Notes: generated by a model not told the origin, from the sequence alone. Shown: positions 50,630 through 61,560, counted from the stretch's first letter. The stretch is DNA of 64,000 nt from an uncultured Acidobacteriaceae bacterium (GCA_963806745.1 CAWEAB010000023.1:47063-111062); one strand, 5' to 3'. Numbers and translations: made by a program.

Positions 50630-51379
50630 CTAATTGGCGTCTTTCAGCAACTGGCTGAGGGCGTGGACATCGCCGGGACTAACGTCGCTGACCACGATAT
50701 AGCGCAACCCGCCTTGGGTCCAGGTTTCCATGTTAAAGGCGAGCTCGCGAGCCGTGCTGCCCATGCCAATCGGAAATATTCCTGGGCGGTCCTGAAGAAT
50801 AAAGAGCGAGAGATCGTGGCTGCGAAGCTGGAACAAGAGCTGGGCGGCCGGGTTGTGCTCAAAATAGGCGACACGTCCGCCGACGAGCTTGAAGGAAGAA
50901 CCCGGAAGCTCTGGAAGATTGAAGGTGAAGGGGAGCTTCCCCTGAAACCAGGGCTTGACTGTGTGCCGATCGGACGAAATAACATCCACGGGATTGGAAC
51001 TCGCCAGGGTTGCGACGTGCAGGTCGACGAGTTCAGCGAATGCTTCCTCGCGCGTGGTATGCCGGACCCAAAGCGTGATTCCGAGAACGAACAGCAACAA
51101 GAGGACCGCAGCCACAGCCAATCTGGGCATCCAGCCGAAAGTCCAGGCGGGCGGGCGCTTCGGATGAATGCTTTTTTCAATGCGCGCGCGGAACTCGGGC
51201 GAAGGTGAATAACGCGCAGTGGCGGCTCGCGTCAGGCGTTTCATCTGGAGGCGGTTGATGGCATCGGCGGCGCAAGCGGGGCAAGTTCGCAGATGGGCCT
51301 CGAAATCCGCCAGCTCCTGCTGCGATCCGGCGCCATCGACGTACAGATCGAGCTTGCCGCGCATTTCGTCGCAGGTCAT
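50630..51379 (-). CDS. Anti-sigma factor (zf-HC2 type), single-pass
   Basis: MTCDEMRGKLDLYVDG...HLRTCPACAADA, then one TM (RLAVAAVLLLLFVLGITLW). ATGA overlap with the sigma factor gene. Confidence 0.8.
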   Translation of the reverse strand: MTCDEMRGKLDLYVDGAGSQQELADFEAHLRTCPACAADAINRLQMKRLTRAATARYSPSPEFRARIEKSIHPKRPPAWTFGWMPRLAVAAVLLLLFVLGITLWVRHTTREEAFAELVDLHVATLASSNPVDVISSDRHTVKPWFQGKLPFTFNLPELPGSSFKLVGGRVAYFEHNPAAQLLFQLRSHDLSLFILQDRPGIFPIGMGSTARELAFNMETWTQGGLRYIVVSDVSPGDVHALSQLLKDAN

Positions 51380-52005
51380 CGCGAGGCCCCCAGTAATTTG
51401 GACGTCAATGATTCACGCATCGCTTTCCGAGCGCGAGAGAGGCGCGACATCACGGTTCCGATCGGAATGCCGAGGGTTTCGCCGATCTCCTGATAACTCA
51501 TTTCCTCCGAATCGCAGAGGAGGATAATTTCGCGAAACTTCACTGGCAACTCTTCCAGCGCCTTCTGGATTGTCTCCTGCTCGGCGCGCGCGATCAGGGC
51601 GGACTCCGGAGTTTCTTTCGCGGCCGGTTCGACGACTTTGTCATCGTCGTTGTCGCTATCGAGCGAGATCGATGCCGCAGCCTTCAACCCTGCCTGAGTC
51701 GTGAGGAAGGTGTTGCGCAGAATCCGGTACATCCAGGCGCGAAAATTAGTGCCCTGCTTGAAAGACGAAAAACCTCGCAGGGCCTTCATATACGTCTCCT
51801 GCACGAGATCCTCGGCAGAGGAGCGGTCTTGCGTGAGCCAGTGAGCGAAATTGTAGAGGCGGGCGAAGAGCGGCATCGCCAATTCTTCGAACGATCCGAT
51901 ATCGCCAGTACGCTCACCCACAGGCGAACAGTTTACCTCGGGAGAGAGGCTCGTCGTTGCTCCCTTCAAAACATATAACTGCGCAGGGCAAAAATTATTC
52001 CACAT
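51376..52005 (-). CDS. ECF-type sigma-70 family RNA polymerase sigma factor
   Basis: Region 2 AEDLVQETYMKALRGFSSFKQGTNFRAWMYRILRN; region 4 MSYQEIGETLGIPIGTVMSRLSRAR. The start is uncertain (an internal GTG is possible). Confidence 0.85.
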   Translation of the reverse strand: MWNNFCPAQLYVLKGATTSLSPEVNCSPVGERTGDIGSFEELAMPLFARLYNFAHWLTQDRSSAEDLVQETYMKALRGFSSFKQGTNFRAWMYRILRNTFLTTQAGLKAAASISLDSDNDDDKVVEPAAKETPESALIARAEQETIQKALEELPVKFREIILLCDSEEMSYQEIGETLGIPIGTVMSRLSRARKAMRESLTSKLLGASR

Positions 52006-52052
52006 TTTGCATGGAGATTCCGGACCGCGCCAGGCTCTCGCCCAAATGGAAA

Positions 52053-52075
52053 CTACCCGCGGGAATCGCGGGTAG
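52053..52075 (-). terminator. Hairpin downstream of the aminotransferase gene
   Basis: CTACCCGCG-GGAAT-CGCGGGTAG (9-bp stem), followed on the minus strand by TTTCCATTT. Confidence 0.45.
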
Positions 52076-52111
52076 CTCCTTCAAATCTGAATATGGCTGG
52101 GTTCAATGAGT

Positions 52112-53372
52112 TTATTTTGTGGCGGGCTCTGGTTGCAGACTGGCTAACTGATTCTTGATTGCCACCGCCAGACGACGGACGCCCTCTCGAATCTGCTCGG
52201 GAGACGCATTGGAGAAATTCAGGCGGAAATGGCGTAGACCTTCTTCGGCGTAGCCGTTGCCCGAGTAGAACGAGTCTCCGGGGACAAAGGCGACGTTCTC
52301 TTTAAGCGCGGATTCGAAAAGGCGATGCGAATCCATGCCAACGGGCAAAGTTACCCAGAGGAACAGGCCGCCCATGGGATGAGTCCAGGTCGCTTCGGGC
52401 GGGAAGAATTCCTGAAGCGCCTGGAGCATGACATCACGGCGCTCGCCGTAGACACGGCGAATGAGCTTGATGTGCTCGTCGAGGAAGCCGTCGCGGGCGA
52501 CCTCGTAGGCGATCATCTGTCCGAAGGTAGAGGTGTGCAGGTCGGCGCCCTGCTTGAGCTGGACGAGCTTCTTGATGACTTCGGGAGGAGCGACGATCCA
52601 GGCCATGCGCAGGCCGGGGGCCAGCGTTTTGGAGAAGGTACTGAGGTAGATCACGTTGCCGATCTCGTAGCCGCGATCGCGCCGCAGGTTTTCGCGGTCG
52701 AGTACGACCAGCGGAGGCAGATGCTCGCCCTCATAACGGAGCTGGCCGTAGGGATCATCTTCGACGATGGGGATGCCGTAGCGCTCGGCCAGGAGCACGA
52801 GTTCGTGACGACGTCCCTCCGACAAAGTTGTGCCGCCGGGATTCTGGAAATTCGGGAGAATGTACATGAACTTAGGGCCGGAACGGAGCGGCTCTTCCAG
52901 GAGGTCGGTGCGGACGCCGTCGTTGTCGTTGGGCACACAGAGATATTCGGCGCCATAGACGTTGAATGCCTGGAGCGCGCCGAGATAGGTGGGCGCTTCG
53001 ACGAGAACGCGGTCGCCGGGATTGATGAGCAGCTTGCCGATGAGGTCGAGAGCTTGTTGCGAGCCGGAGGTGATGAGGACGTTCTCGGACTTGGCTTTTA
53101 CGCCATAGCGCGAGGTGTGGCGGGCGATCATCTCACGGAGCGGCTCATAGCCTTCGGTGGCGCCGTACTGGAGGGCCATGCGCCCGTTCGTTTCGAGAAC
53201 TTTGGCACAAGCCTCGCGGAAGCGCTCGATCGGAAACACGTCAGGGGCGGGCAAGACCTCCGGCGAAGGAGATGATCTCCGGTTTCTGGGTGATCTTGAG
53301 AAGCTCACGGATAGCAGAACTATGAACATTCTTAATGCGTTGCGCGTAGCGGGACGTCCAGGCTGTCGACAT
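52112..53372 (-). CDS. Class I/II PLP-dependent aminotransferase (2-aminoadipate/LysN- or MocR-like), frame broken at about 53254
   Basis: MSTAWTSRYAQRIKNVHSSAIRELLKITQKPEIISFAGGL joins PAPDVFPIERF when one T is removed. Later YGATEGYEPLRE, SGSQQALDL, NFQNPGG, STFSKTLAPGLR. The span is 3n+1. Confidence 0.85.
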
Positions 53373-53484
53373 GTATATGCTCCCGTTATTTGAGTCTACA
53401 TTGTCGATTCGGGGAATGCGGTGATGTTGGAGCTTCTCGAGGTGACAAAAATCACCGGGGAGGGGTGACGGAAGTCTCCGGCAA

Positions 53485-54906
53485 TCACTCCACCACCCAC
53501 TCCTGCATCCGGCGCAGCAATGACGCGGGAGCGTCGGCCTCGAGTTCGACCAATCCGCCACGGTATTTACGCGAGTAGATGCGGGCACGAGCCTCAAGAA
53601 GGGCAAGCATTTTTCCTTCTTTTTGGGGAATGCGGAGGCGAACACGGCTCGGCCTGTCTTCTTCGAGGACAGCATCGATTTGATCGAGGAGGGTGCTCAA
53701 TCCGATGCCTTTGGCGGCGGAGACGTGGATCGTCTGGCTGTCGTCGCGCAAGGATTCTCGCTGCCTCGGAGACAGGAGGTCGATCTTGTTCATCACATGC
53801 AGGCGCGGCTTTTTATCGGCTTCGAGTTCCTTGAGAACGCTTTCGACTTGGGTGTCCTGCTCGGCGGAGATAGGACTGCTGGCATCCGAGACCTGGAGGA
53901 TCAGGGTTGCACGCTGGACCTCTTCGAGGGTCGCGCGAAAAGCGGAGACCAGAGTGTGCGGCAAGTGGCGGATGAAACCGACAGTGTCAGACAGTACGAT
54001 GTTGCGCTTCGACGGCAGTTCAGCGCCGCGCAGCGTTGGATCAAGCGTGGCGAACATGCGTGGGGAGGCAACGACATTGGCATTCGTGAGCGCGTTAAAC
54101 AAGGTTGACTTTCCCGCATTCGTATAGCCGACGAGCGCCACGGTGGCTACGGGAACCGATTCGCGGCGCTGGCGCTGCTGGGCGCGGACGCGGCGGACAT
54201 TTTCGATCTGCTGCTTGACGTGGCGGATGCGGCGATGGATTTTTCGGCGGTCGGTTTCGAGCTGAGTTTCGCCGGGTCCACGCGTTCCGATGCCGCCGCC
54301 GAGCTGCGACATTTCTATGCCGCGTCCCGCGAGCCTGGGTAGCATGTATTCGAGCTGCGCCAGCTCCACTTGCAACTGGCCTTCACGGGTCCGCGCATGT
54401 CTGGCAAAAATATCGAGAATCAGCTGCGTGCGATCGATGACACGGGTATCGACTACGCGCTCGATGTTGCGCTGCTGCGAAGGCGAGAGGTCGTGATCGA
54501 AGAGGATGACGTCGGCGGAGACCGATGCGGAGGCGCCCGCAATTTCTTCCAGCTTGCCCTTGCCGATCAGGGTCGCGGGATCGGGGCGGTCGCGATGCTG
54601 CATGAATTCGCCCGCGATCTCAGCGCCGGCGCTGCTGGCAAGCGAGCGCAACTCGTCGAGCGACTCCTCGGAGCTGAAGTCGGGTGAATCGGTCCGGCGG
54701 CTGGGCGCGATGCTGGTGGCGTGATCGCGAGCCGCCTGCGCCCCGGCGGTAAGCGGCGTTCCTGTGGCTTTTCCCGCTCGTCCGCGCGTGCGGAATTCTA
54801 CCCCGACAAGAAACGCACGCTCGCGGCGTTCCGATGGATTCAGTACTGCCTTGGGCTCACTGCGCGAACTGCCCCGGTCAGCAAGTCTGGAATGGTCTTT
54901 CGGCAA
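53485..54906 (-). CDS. hflX: GTPase HflX
   Basis: [31 protein letters not shown]; G-domain [22 protein letters not shown]. Located directly downstream of hfq. Confidence 0.95.
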   Translation of the reverse strand: MPKDHSRLADRGSSRSEPKAVLNPSERRERAFLVGVEFRTRGRAGKATGTPLTAGAQAARDHATSIAPSRRTDSPDFSSEESLDELRSLASSAGAEIAGEFMQHRDRPDPATLIGKGKLEEIAGASASVSADVILFDHDLSPSQQRNIERVVDTRVIDRTQLILDIFARHARTREGQLQVELAQLEYMLPRLAGRGIEMSQLGGGIGTRGPGETQLETDRRKIHRRIRHVKQQIENVRRVRAQQRQRRESVPVATVALVGYTNAGKSTLFNALTNANVVASPRMFATLDPTLRGAELPSKRNIVLSDTVGFIRHLPHTLVSAFRATLEEVQRATLILQVSDASSPISAEQDTQVESVLKELEADKKPRLHVMNKIDLLSPRQRESLRDDSQTIHVSAAKGIGLSTLLDQIDAVLEEDRPSRVRLRIPQKEGKMLALLEARARIYSRKYRGGLVELEADAPASLLRRMQEWVVE

Positions 54907-54928
54907 GCATGCTTATTCTATCTTCATC

Positions 54929-55228
54929 TCATCCTTGCGTGCCGGAACCGGGTATGGCTGTTGCCTCGCCGATGGTCGCAACCGAGGCGGGTTTGCCCTC
55001 GGCGTGACTGTGCGCCCCACGCGCAATGACCACCGTCGAGATGGCGTGCTTAAAAATCAACTGCTCCTGATTGCTGGTTTCGAGCACAACCGAATATTTA
55101 TCAAACGATCGAATCCGGCCCGTTAACTTCACCCCACTGACCAGGTAGATCGTAATGTTGTGCCGCTCCTTACGTGCTGTGTTGAGGAAGGAATCCTGAA
55201 TGTTCTGTTGTGCCGGCTTTGCTTCCAT
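54929..55228 (-). CDS. hfq: RNA chaperone Hfq
   Basis: [41 protein letters not shown]...[11 protein letters not shown] (Sm1/Sm2 motifs). Confidence 0.95.
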   Translation of the reverse strand: MEAKPAQQNIQDSFLNTARKERHNITIYLVSGVKLTGRIRSFDKYSVVLETSNQEQLIFKHAISTVVIARGAHSHAEGKPASVATIGEATAIPGSGTQG

Positions 55229-55484
55229 AGCCGATCTCCTTTTTATTTGCCGTTACGGTGCCGCGTGTTAAGCCTAGGGAAGGGCGATTCACGGCACCGT
55301 TCGTTTTGTTGGCCTCTACAATACGTGCATACCCCCCCTTTTTCAACATCCGTTGCAACTAAATTAAAACGATTTACGAAATGCGAACAGGGAGTACTAT
55401 CGGGTATCATTTCGCTCGCCAGTTCTCTAGAATCATTCGTTTTGAATTTCGACGATTTCGGGCAAACAGAACAGGAGCCTAGCT

Positions 55485-56211
55485 TTGAACATCAATCTCC
55501 CAAGCGATCTCAATACAAACCTCCTCATGATGTTTCGTTGGGTGCACTTTGTGGCAGGTATCACATGGATCGGGTTGCTGTACTTTTTCAATCTGGTTAA
55601 CGTTCCGTTCATGAAAGGTCTCGATCCGGCGACTAAAGGCAAAGTCTTCCCGGACCTCATGTCGCGCGCGCTCTGGTGGTTTCGCTGGGCCTCGGTGTTA
55701 ACCGTGCTGATGGGTCTGGCGTACTGGGGCAAAATTGTGGGGACTGATGCGCACAACGGTGGCGCGTCCGCGGGCCCGGTGTTTGGATCGTTTTTCCTGA
55801 TTTGGACGGTGGCCTGGGCTCTGATGTATGCATGCGTGATTCCGGGCAAAGGACCGCTCGACAAAGGACCGGTGCTGGCGGTGATCTATGTTGTGATCGT
55901 GCTCGCCGCCGCCGCGACCTTTCTGCACTTCAACGATCATGAGATGGGAGAGCAGTCAGCTGCTCGCGATCGGTATCGGTGGCGGCATGGGATGGATGAT
56001 GATGCTGAATGTGTGGGGCGTGATCTGGCGCATCCAGAAACGGATGATCCAGTGGACCGCCGACAACGCGAAGAACGGCACGGCCATGCCGGAAAAATCG
56101 AAGGCGATGGCGCGGCAGGCGTTTCTTATGTCACGTGCAAACGCGTGGCTCTCGTTGCCGCTGCTCTTCCTGATGGGCGCGGCGAGCCATTACCCGATGT
56201 TCGGTAAGTGA
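55485..56211 (+). CDS. Membrane protein of the PuuD (urate hydroxylase) N-terminal-domain family, frame broken at about 55945
   Basis: AGGAG before TTG 55485. FRWVHFVAGITWIGLLYFFNLVNVPF. The second fragment LLAIGIGGGMGWMMMLNVWGVIW...LLFLMGAASHYPMF continues in another frame. The span is 3n+1. No cytochrome c domain. Confidence 0.6.
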
Positions 56212-57117
56212 GCCTGATCGTAGCCAGGAGCAAGAGAGCGGCCGACGCTCGGAAAGCGTGCTCTGGAAGCGGGCCGGGCTGATGCCGGTGATGCGGCGGA
56301 AAGAGCGAGTAAAGTGGCTTTGATCCGCGAAGCCCGCAGCCATGGCAATTTCAGCGATGGGCATTTCGAGTTTTAACATCCGCTCGCAAGCGGAACGAAT
56401 GCGAAGCCGGTGGACGTATTCGCCGATTCCCTGACCACTCCATTTGCGAAACACGCGGGAGAGATGAACGGGATGGACTCCCGCTTCGCTGCTTAACGCT
56501 TCGAGTGTCAGCCGATCAGAGTACTCAGCGCGGATCTTGTCGAGAACGCGTTTTAGCCATGCTGGACGTTCAGCTGGCCGGGTCCCGGGCACGTGCGCAA
56601 CGGACGCGAGGAGTTCTGTGAGCAGGCTTTCCACGGTCAGTTCGTCGGGTGCCGCTGAATGCAGTTCGCGGTGGAGCTTTATCCCGAGCCATAAGGCGGG
56701 CCCGCCGGAACGGTCTTCATAAGGATGATCGAGAGAAGGCCGACATTCGGCTTCGGCGTCGTTCAAGTGCGCTCGCCACTCCGGGCGCAGTTCGATCTCA
56801 AAAAACTTCACGCCGCGCGGGCCGATTTCGTCCTGGTGGGGAATGCCGGCGGGGCGGAACATGATGGTGAAGGGCTGAAACTGAAATTCCTCGCGGATGT
56901 AGCGCTCGCCATATTGGCCATCGAGGACGACTCCGAAAAAAGGCAGCTCGTGAGAATGGGCCGGGAGCTTGCGTGCTGACCGATGGCGAACGTCGGTGAA
57001 GATGGCGCCACAGCACTCTTGTTTGGCCTGGACCTCACCATAAAAACTTCCGGGAGCCAGTGCCTTTCCCGAGTCCGCTCTATGCTGGCATTCCGACATG
57101 CCTTCCTCCGGGTTCAA
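56131..57117 (-). CDS. AraC-family transcriptional regulator
   Basis: C-terminal double HTH LTLEALSSEAGVHPVHLSRVFRK...IAEIAMAAGFADQSHFTRSFRRITGISPARF. The last ~45 codons overlap the convergent gene and may be read-through. Confidence 0.8.
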   Translation of the reverse strand: MNPEEGMSECQHRADSGKALAPGSFYGEVQAKQECCGAIFTDVRHRSARKLPAHSHELPFFGVVLDGQYGERYIREEFQFQPFTIMFRPAGIPHQDEIGPRGVKFFEIELRPEWRAHLNDAEAECRPSLDHPYEDRSGGPALWLGIKLHRELHSAAPDELTVESLLTELLASVAHVPGTRPAERPAWLKRVLDKIRAEYSDRLTLEALSSEAGVHPVHLSRVFRKWSGQGIGEYVHRLRIRSACERMLKLEMPIAEIAMAAGFADQSHFTRSFRRITGISPARFQSTLSERRPLSCSWLRSGSLTEHRVMARRAHQEEQRQREPRVCT

Positions 57118-57213
57118 TCTTCATTGGTTTCAATGTTGCCTTTGTTCTAGACGCGGGCGACTTGCATTCGTTATCGTTGCGCCCAGTGTTGGGGTTCATT
57201 TAGGAGATCGTTC

Positions 57214-57798
57214 ATGATTCGTTTCAGTTTCTGCCTTTTGTTGTGTCTTGCAGTTCTGCCGATGCTCGCGAGCGCGCCGGGAGTTGCCGCCGGCAGCGCG
57301 TCGAATGCTCCTGAATATACGGCTGACGGGAGTCTGGTGTTCCCTGCGAATTACCGCGAATGGATCTATCTGACGACCGGCCTGGACATGGACTACAACC
57401 CTGAACTGATGAATATGGATCACTCTATGTTCGACAACATTTTCGTAAATCCCGAGGCTTATAAGGCATTCGTCGCGACGGGGACGTGGCCCGATAAGAC
57501 GATTCTGGTGCTCGAAGGACGCATGGCTCAAAACAAAGGCTCGATCAACCAGAAAGGGCACTTCCAGACAACTGACATCATGGCTCGCTCGATCCACATC
57601 AAGGACACGGCGCACTTTCCCGGCGGATGGGCATTTGTGGGATTTGGAGACAGCAACACCGGAAAAACGTTCCCGAAGCAGGCTGTGTGTTATTCATGCC
57701 ACGAACAGCATGCGGCTGTTGATACTACCTTCGTGCAGTTCTATCCGACGCTGCTGGAGATCGCGACGAAGAAGGGGACATTGTCGCCGGCGTATTAA
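57214..57798 (+). CDS. Cytochrome P460 family protein, secreted
   Basis: Signal peptide FCLLLCLAVLPMLASA; REWIYLTTG; C-terminal haem motif CYSCHEQHAAVDTTFVQFYP. GGAG before the ATG. Confidence 0.8.
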   Translation: MIRFSFCLLLCLAVLPMLASAPGVAAGSASNAPEYTADGSLVFPANYREWIYLTTGLDMDYNPELMNMDHSMFDNIFVNPEAYKAFVATGTWPDKTILVLEGRMAQNKGSINQKGHFQTTDIMARSIHIKDTAHFPGGWAFVGFGDSNTGKTFPKQAVCYSCHEQHAAVDTTFVQFYPTLLEIATKKGTLSPAY

Positions 57799-57876
57799 AG
57801 GAAGAGGCCGCGAAGTAAGAAGTAGAGGTCGACCCGTCCGCTGTGTAGCAGACAGCTTGACTGCGCCGGATGCCCC

Positions 57877-57906
57877 CGGACAACCGAGGAGCGGCTGTCT
57901 CTCACC
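57877..57906. repeat. Degenerate REP-like element, family A
   Basis: CGGACAACCGAGGAGCGGCTGTCTCTCAC. Confidence 0.45.
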
Positions 57907-58007
57907 AGCTTGTCAGGCGCCAGATGTTAATAGTGCCCCCCAGGTTATCGACGCACACCAGAGTAATCTCGCCTCCCTGGCTCCCGTTCTCTACGAATGA
58001 AATCAGC

Positions 58008-58571
58008 ATGAGCGAGTTGGTGGAGTCGATTGCGGAGCTGTCCGGGGCGCGCGAGGAGTGGCGTCCGACGCCGCGCTGGGCTATCGGCGCATGGCTGGCT
58101 TTTTATCTGCTTGTTTTTGATTTATGCATTCCGCATGCACGGCGGTTATTTATTTATTGATTCGGCCAATCTGGTCGTGCACGAGGGCGGGCATCTTCTC
58201 TTCAGCTGGTGCGGGCCGACGCTGTGCCTGTGGGGAGGGACGATTTTCCAATGGGCGGTGCCGTTTTTGCTGGCGGCTTATTTCTTTTCTCAACGGCAAC
58301 GGCGGCATTCGTCTTCTGCCTATTCTTCTTTTTCGAAAACTGGCTTTACACCGCGACTTATATGGCAGATGCTCGGGCAATGGTGCTGCCCTTGGTAACG
58401 ACTGGCGATCCCGATTTCGTAGAGCACGACTGGAATACGATTTTCACGAGTCTTGGCGTTCTGCAATATGACACCGCGATCGCAGCCGTCGTCAGGATGC
58501 TTGGCTGGTGCGGCATGCTGGCGTGCGTTGTCTGGCTGGGCGCGCGCCTGAAAATTACGTCGCAGGACTAA
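58008..58571 (+). CDS. Hypothetical polytopic membrane protein with an HEGGH motif; an internal segment is in another frame (breaks at about 58102 and 58280)
   Basis: MSELVESIAELSG...RWAIGAWLAF (frame 0); ICLFLIYAFRMHGGYLFIDSANLVVHEGGHLLFSWCGP...LLAAYFF (frame +1); TAAFVFCLFFFFENWLYTATYMADAR...VVWLGARL (frame 0 again). Confidence 0.6.
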
Positions 58572-60717
58572 CGGCGGGCTCCGGCGCCTTTGTTGGCATC
58601 GCCTTCGGCGCCAAATCCCACGGCTTGCCATCGAAATACGAGGGCAGAGCTAGCCCAAATAGCTTCAGGATCGTCGGCGCGATATCGACAATCGCGGGCT
58701 TCTCTTCGGTGAACTTGTGGCTGGAGAAGAGCACTCCCGGAACGAGGCGCGGATCGATGCAGTGATCGCCGCTCCAGGCCTTCATGTTGTCTTCGAAAAT
58801 CTTTTCCGTGACCTTGCCCATCACCGAATCCCACGAAGCGCGATATCCGGCGCCGTAGCCGACGAGAATGTCAGGAGCATTTTCAGAGTAGGGTCCACGA
58901 TAGACATTGTTGGTCAGGAACACGCCGGTGATTCCGACCGTGCCGGAGGCGGGATCGACAAGGCCATTTAATTTCTGCTTGATCTCTTCTTTCAGGGCCT
59001 GGGCTTCGCTCGGGTCGACGGTCCCCTGCTTCTCGCGTCCTTTAAGATTCAGGTACAGGCCGTTGAGGCCCATGGTGTAGGCGCGGGTGCGCGACCAGTC
59101 GACGTCTTCAAACCAGTCGCCGCTCTCGGTCTTTCCGTCTTTCAGCGTGAGATAGCCATTCTGATGCAGCCAGGCATTCAGGTTCATGCAGCGCGCAAAT
59201 GACTTGAAGCCGTGGTCGGAGATCACCATCAGCAGCGTATCGTCGTCGATTTTTTCCATGACACGGCCGATGAGCTTGTCCATGCGCTGGTAGAGATCTT
59301 GAATGACCTCGCGGCGCTCAGCTTTCGGCACATCGCGCGCGGCGGGATGATCTTCTTCGAGGTAGCGCCAGAACATGTGCTGAATGCGGTCGGTCGTGTC
59401 GAAGACGCAGGTGCAGAGGCCCTGCTGCGTCTTGTCGAGCGCGTCAAAGAGCATCTGCTCGCGATCGTGATGATTGCCGTAAGCCTGAGCGAGGAAGGCG
59501 TCGTCGTCGAGCACGTGCTCGTTGAGCGCCCAGGTATCTTCGGCTAGGCCGAGCGTAGCGAAGGCTCCGTAGAGCTTCGCCAGATAAATCGAATATGTGA
59601 CCGGATGCGAGATTGGAAGGTCGGGATGGCCGGGGTCGATATTGACCGGAGTCACGTAGACTTCGACCTCGGGCGAAACTTCCTTGAGATAAAAACGGCA
59701 GATGCCGTGCGCGTTGAAGCCGAGGCCGGCTTTGAATTCGATCGGAATCCACTCGGAATATTCGCCGACTTTGAGCGTTAATTTCTCCGAACCGACTGTC
59801 AGACGGGCGGTTTGCGCGGCTATGTCAGGCTTGATCTCATAGGCAACGCGCATTTCGTGCCCTGCTGTCTCGGCCAACGGGTTGTCCGGTCCTGGGACAT
59901 AGGTGTGATAGACGCCGTTCTTGCGCTCAATGGGTGCGCGCACTCCACCTTCACGGAATTTGTCTCCGGCGACACGCGTGGTGCATAAACAAAATGTTCC
60001 CTGGCTGCCTTTCAAATCCGGGACGCACATGCCGGAGAGTAGAACTCCTTGAAATTTTTCCGGCGGGAAGGTTACCGGCACGCGGATCACAGAACTGAAG
60101 ATCCCGGCTTTGCCGAGCCAGTGCCAGAAAGGCGTGCCTTTACGCATGGCTTTGATTTCGGTTTTGCCGAAAGGGATGGAGTATTTGCCGATCTTGATTT
60201 GACGCTTCGGGCCTTTGATTTCTGCCGATGAAAGAAACGGCAGGTAGTGGTTCCGGTCGCACGCCAGGAAGTCATAGATATTATGCTTTCCGGGATTGAC
60301 GCCGGTCATGAAGGTTGACCAGGCAACTGGAGATATCGCAGGGAACGTCGTGCGCAGCTTGTTGAACGTGCCTTTGTCGCGCAGCTTCGCGAGATTCGGC
60401 AGCCGGCCTTCCTTCATGAAGCGGTCGGCAAGTTCGGGATCCATGCCGTCGAAGCCGAGAATTACGGCGCGGTTGAAGACAGCTTTTCCATAGGCGTTGC
60501 GGCGGCGGAAGAAGCGGAATAACTGGCGCACCGGCCAGGTGGCGAGCGCATAAAAGGAATACAGGAAGGCGACGAAAATCGCCCAGAATGACGAGAGCAC
60601 GGCGAAACCCGCGCCGGGACCGGCGTAGGCGTGCGCGGCGACTGGCGACAACAACACCGCGAGCAGCAGAAGGATACTTGCCGTGCGAACGCTCTTGCCC
60701 CCACATGATCTACTCAT
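58555..60717 (-). CDS. Alkaline-phosphatase-superfamily protein, nucleotide pyrophosphatase/phosphodiesterase-like (paralogue A)
   Basis: 720 aa. Signal peptide plus a second hydrophobic segment (AYAGPGAGFAVLSSFWAIFVAFLY). ILGFDGMDPE, FPAISPVAWSTFMTG, VISDHGF, WSGDHC. Confidence 0.8.
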   Translation of the reverse strand: MSRSCGGKSVRTASILLLLAVLLSPVAAHAYAGPGAGFAVLSSFWAIFVAFLYSFYALATWPVRQLFRFFRRRNAYGKAVFNRAVILGFDGMDPELADRFMKEGRLPNLAKLRDKGTFNKLRTTFPAISPVAWSTFMTGVNPGKHNIYDFLACDRNHYLPFLSSAEIKGPKRQIKIGKYSIPFGKTEIKAMRKGTPFWHWLGKAGIFSSVIRVPVTFPPEKFQGVLLSGMCVPDLKGSQGTFCLCTTRVAGDKFREGGVRAPIERKNGVYHTYVPGPDNPLAETAGHEMRVAYEIKPDIAAQTARLTVGSEKLTLKVGEYSEWIPIEFKAGLGFNAHGICRFYLKEVSPEVEVYVTPVNIDPGHPDLPISHPVTYSIYLAKLYGAFATLGLAEDTWALNEHVLDDDAFLAQAYGNHHDREQMLFDALDKTQQGLCTCVFDTTDRIQHMFWRYLEEDHPAARDVPKAERREVIQDLYQRMDKLIGRVMEKIDDDTLLMVISDHGFKSFARCMNLNAWLHQNGYLTLKDGKTESGDWFEDVDWSRTRAYTMGLNGLYLNLKGREKQGTVDPSEAQALKEEIKQKLNGLVDPASGTVGITGVFLTNNVYRGPYSENAPDILVGYGAGYRASWDSVMGKVTEKIFEDNMKAWSGDHCIDPRLVPGVLFSSHKFTEEKPAIVDIAPTILKLFGLALPSYFDGKPWDLAPKAMPTKAPEPAVSPAT

Positions 60718-61559
60718 ACTTCAATCCCCAGAAGCTCCTTGAAAATAAATCCGGCAATCATCGACAGAATGAAGAAGAGCCAGATCCAGTTCATTTCGTA
60801 TCCGGCGATTCCGAGTGGAATGTTGCGCTCCGGATAGTCGACGGTAATTGTTTCGACCGCGCTATTAGCGGGCAACGCCGACTCTCCCGACGAGAAAAAT
60901 CTCTGCCAGAAGTGATCGCGCCAGCGCTCGGGCGAAAGCTGCGCCAGTTGCGACGTGACCCGAACTGTTTTGGTTACAGGATCGCCACCCGCGTCGGTTC
61001 TTATTCTCACATCGTAGGCGCCTTCCTGGCTGGCTACGAGGCGCCAAACAACTTCGTTATCGGCTGCAATGTGCACCGGCGGCGCGCTGGCGGTAATCTC
61101 CGGCGGCAGATCGATGGCGATGCCGTCGAGGGCCTGCGGACTGTCCACGCGGGCTGTTACCAGAAACGGGGTATTGGCCTGAATTCCCGTCAAGCCCAGC
61201 GAGCGATCGAGCCAGACAATCATCAGTGTGATCGGAATGATGACGTAGAGTAGCGGCTTAAATGCGAGTTTCAGGTACCGCACCGTGCCGCGCAGCACTT
61301 TGCCATACGAGCCCATCACGACGTGCAACTGGTCGCGGTACAGGCGCACGGCCAAGAGGTGAGCCTTCAACTGATCTTTGGCGACGCCGATGGCTTTCTG
61401 ATCGGAGGTGTAGCCGAACAGAACGATCATCAGCAGGCCGATCACGATCGACAGCACGACGACAATCATCAGTGGACTGGTGACCCATGAGGCCAGCAAA
61501 AAAGCCAGACGAGCAGGTGTCCTCGCCGTCGTCATCGCAAGTTGTAAGAGGATCGCCAA
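60714..61559 (-). CDS. Hypothetical membrane protein (N-terminal TM pair, amphipathic helix, TM, ~130-aa beta-rich domain, C-terminal TM)
   Basis: 281-aa ORF, 4-nt overlap with the downstream gene and a 1-nt gap from the upstream one. No family recognised. Confidence 0.65.
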   Translation of the reverse strand: MAILLQLAMTTARTPARLAFLLASWVTSPLMIVVVLSIVIGLLMIVLFGYTSDQKAIGVAKDQLKAHLLAVRLYRDQLHVVMGSYGKVLRGTVRYLKLAFKPLLYVIIPITLMIVWLDRSLGLTGIQANTPFLVTARVDSPQALDGIAIDLPPEITASAPPVHIAADNEVVWRLVASQEGAYDVRIRTDAGGDPVTKTVRVTSQLAQLSPERWRDHFWQRFFSSGESALPANSAVETITVDYPERNIPLGIAGYEMNWIWLFFILSMIAGFIFKELLGIEV

Positions 61560-61560
61560 G

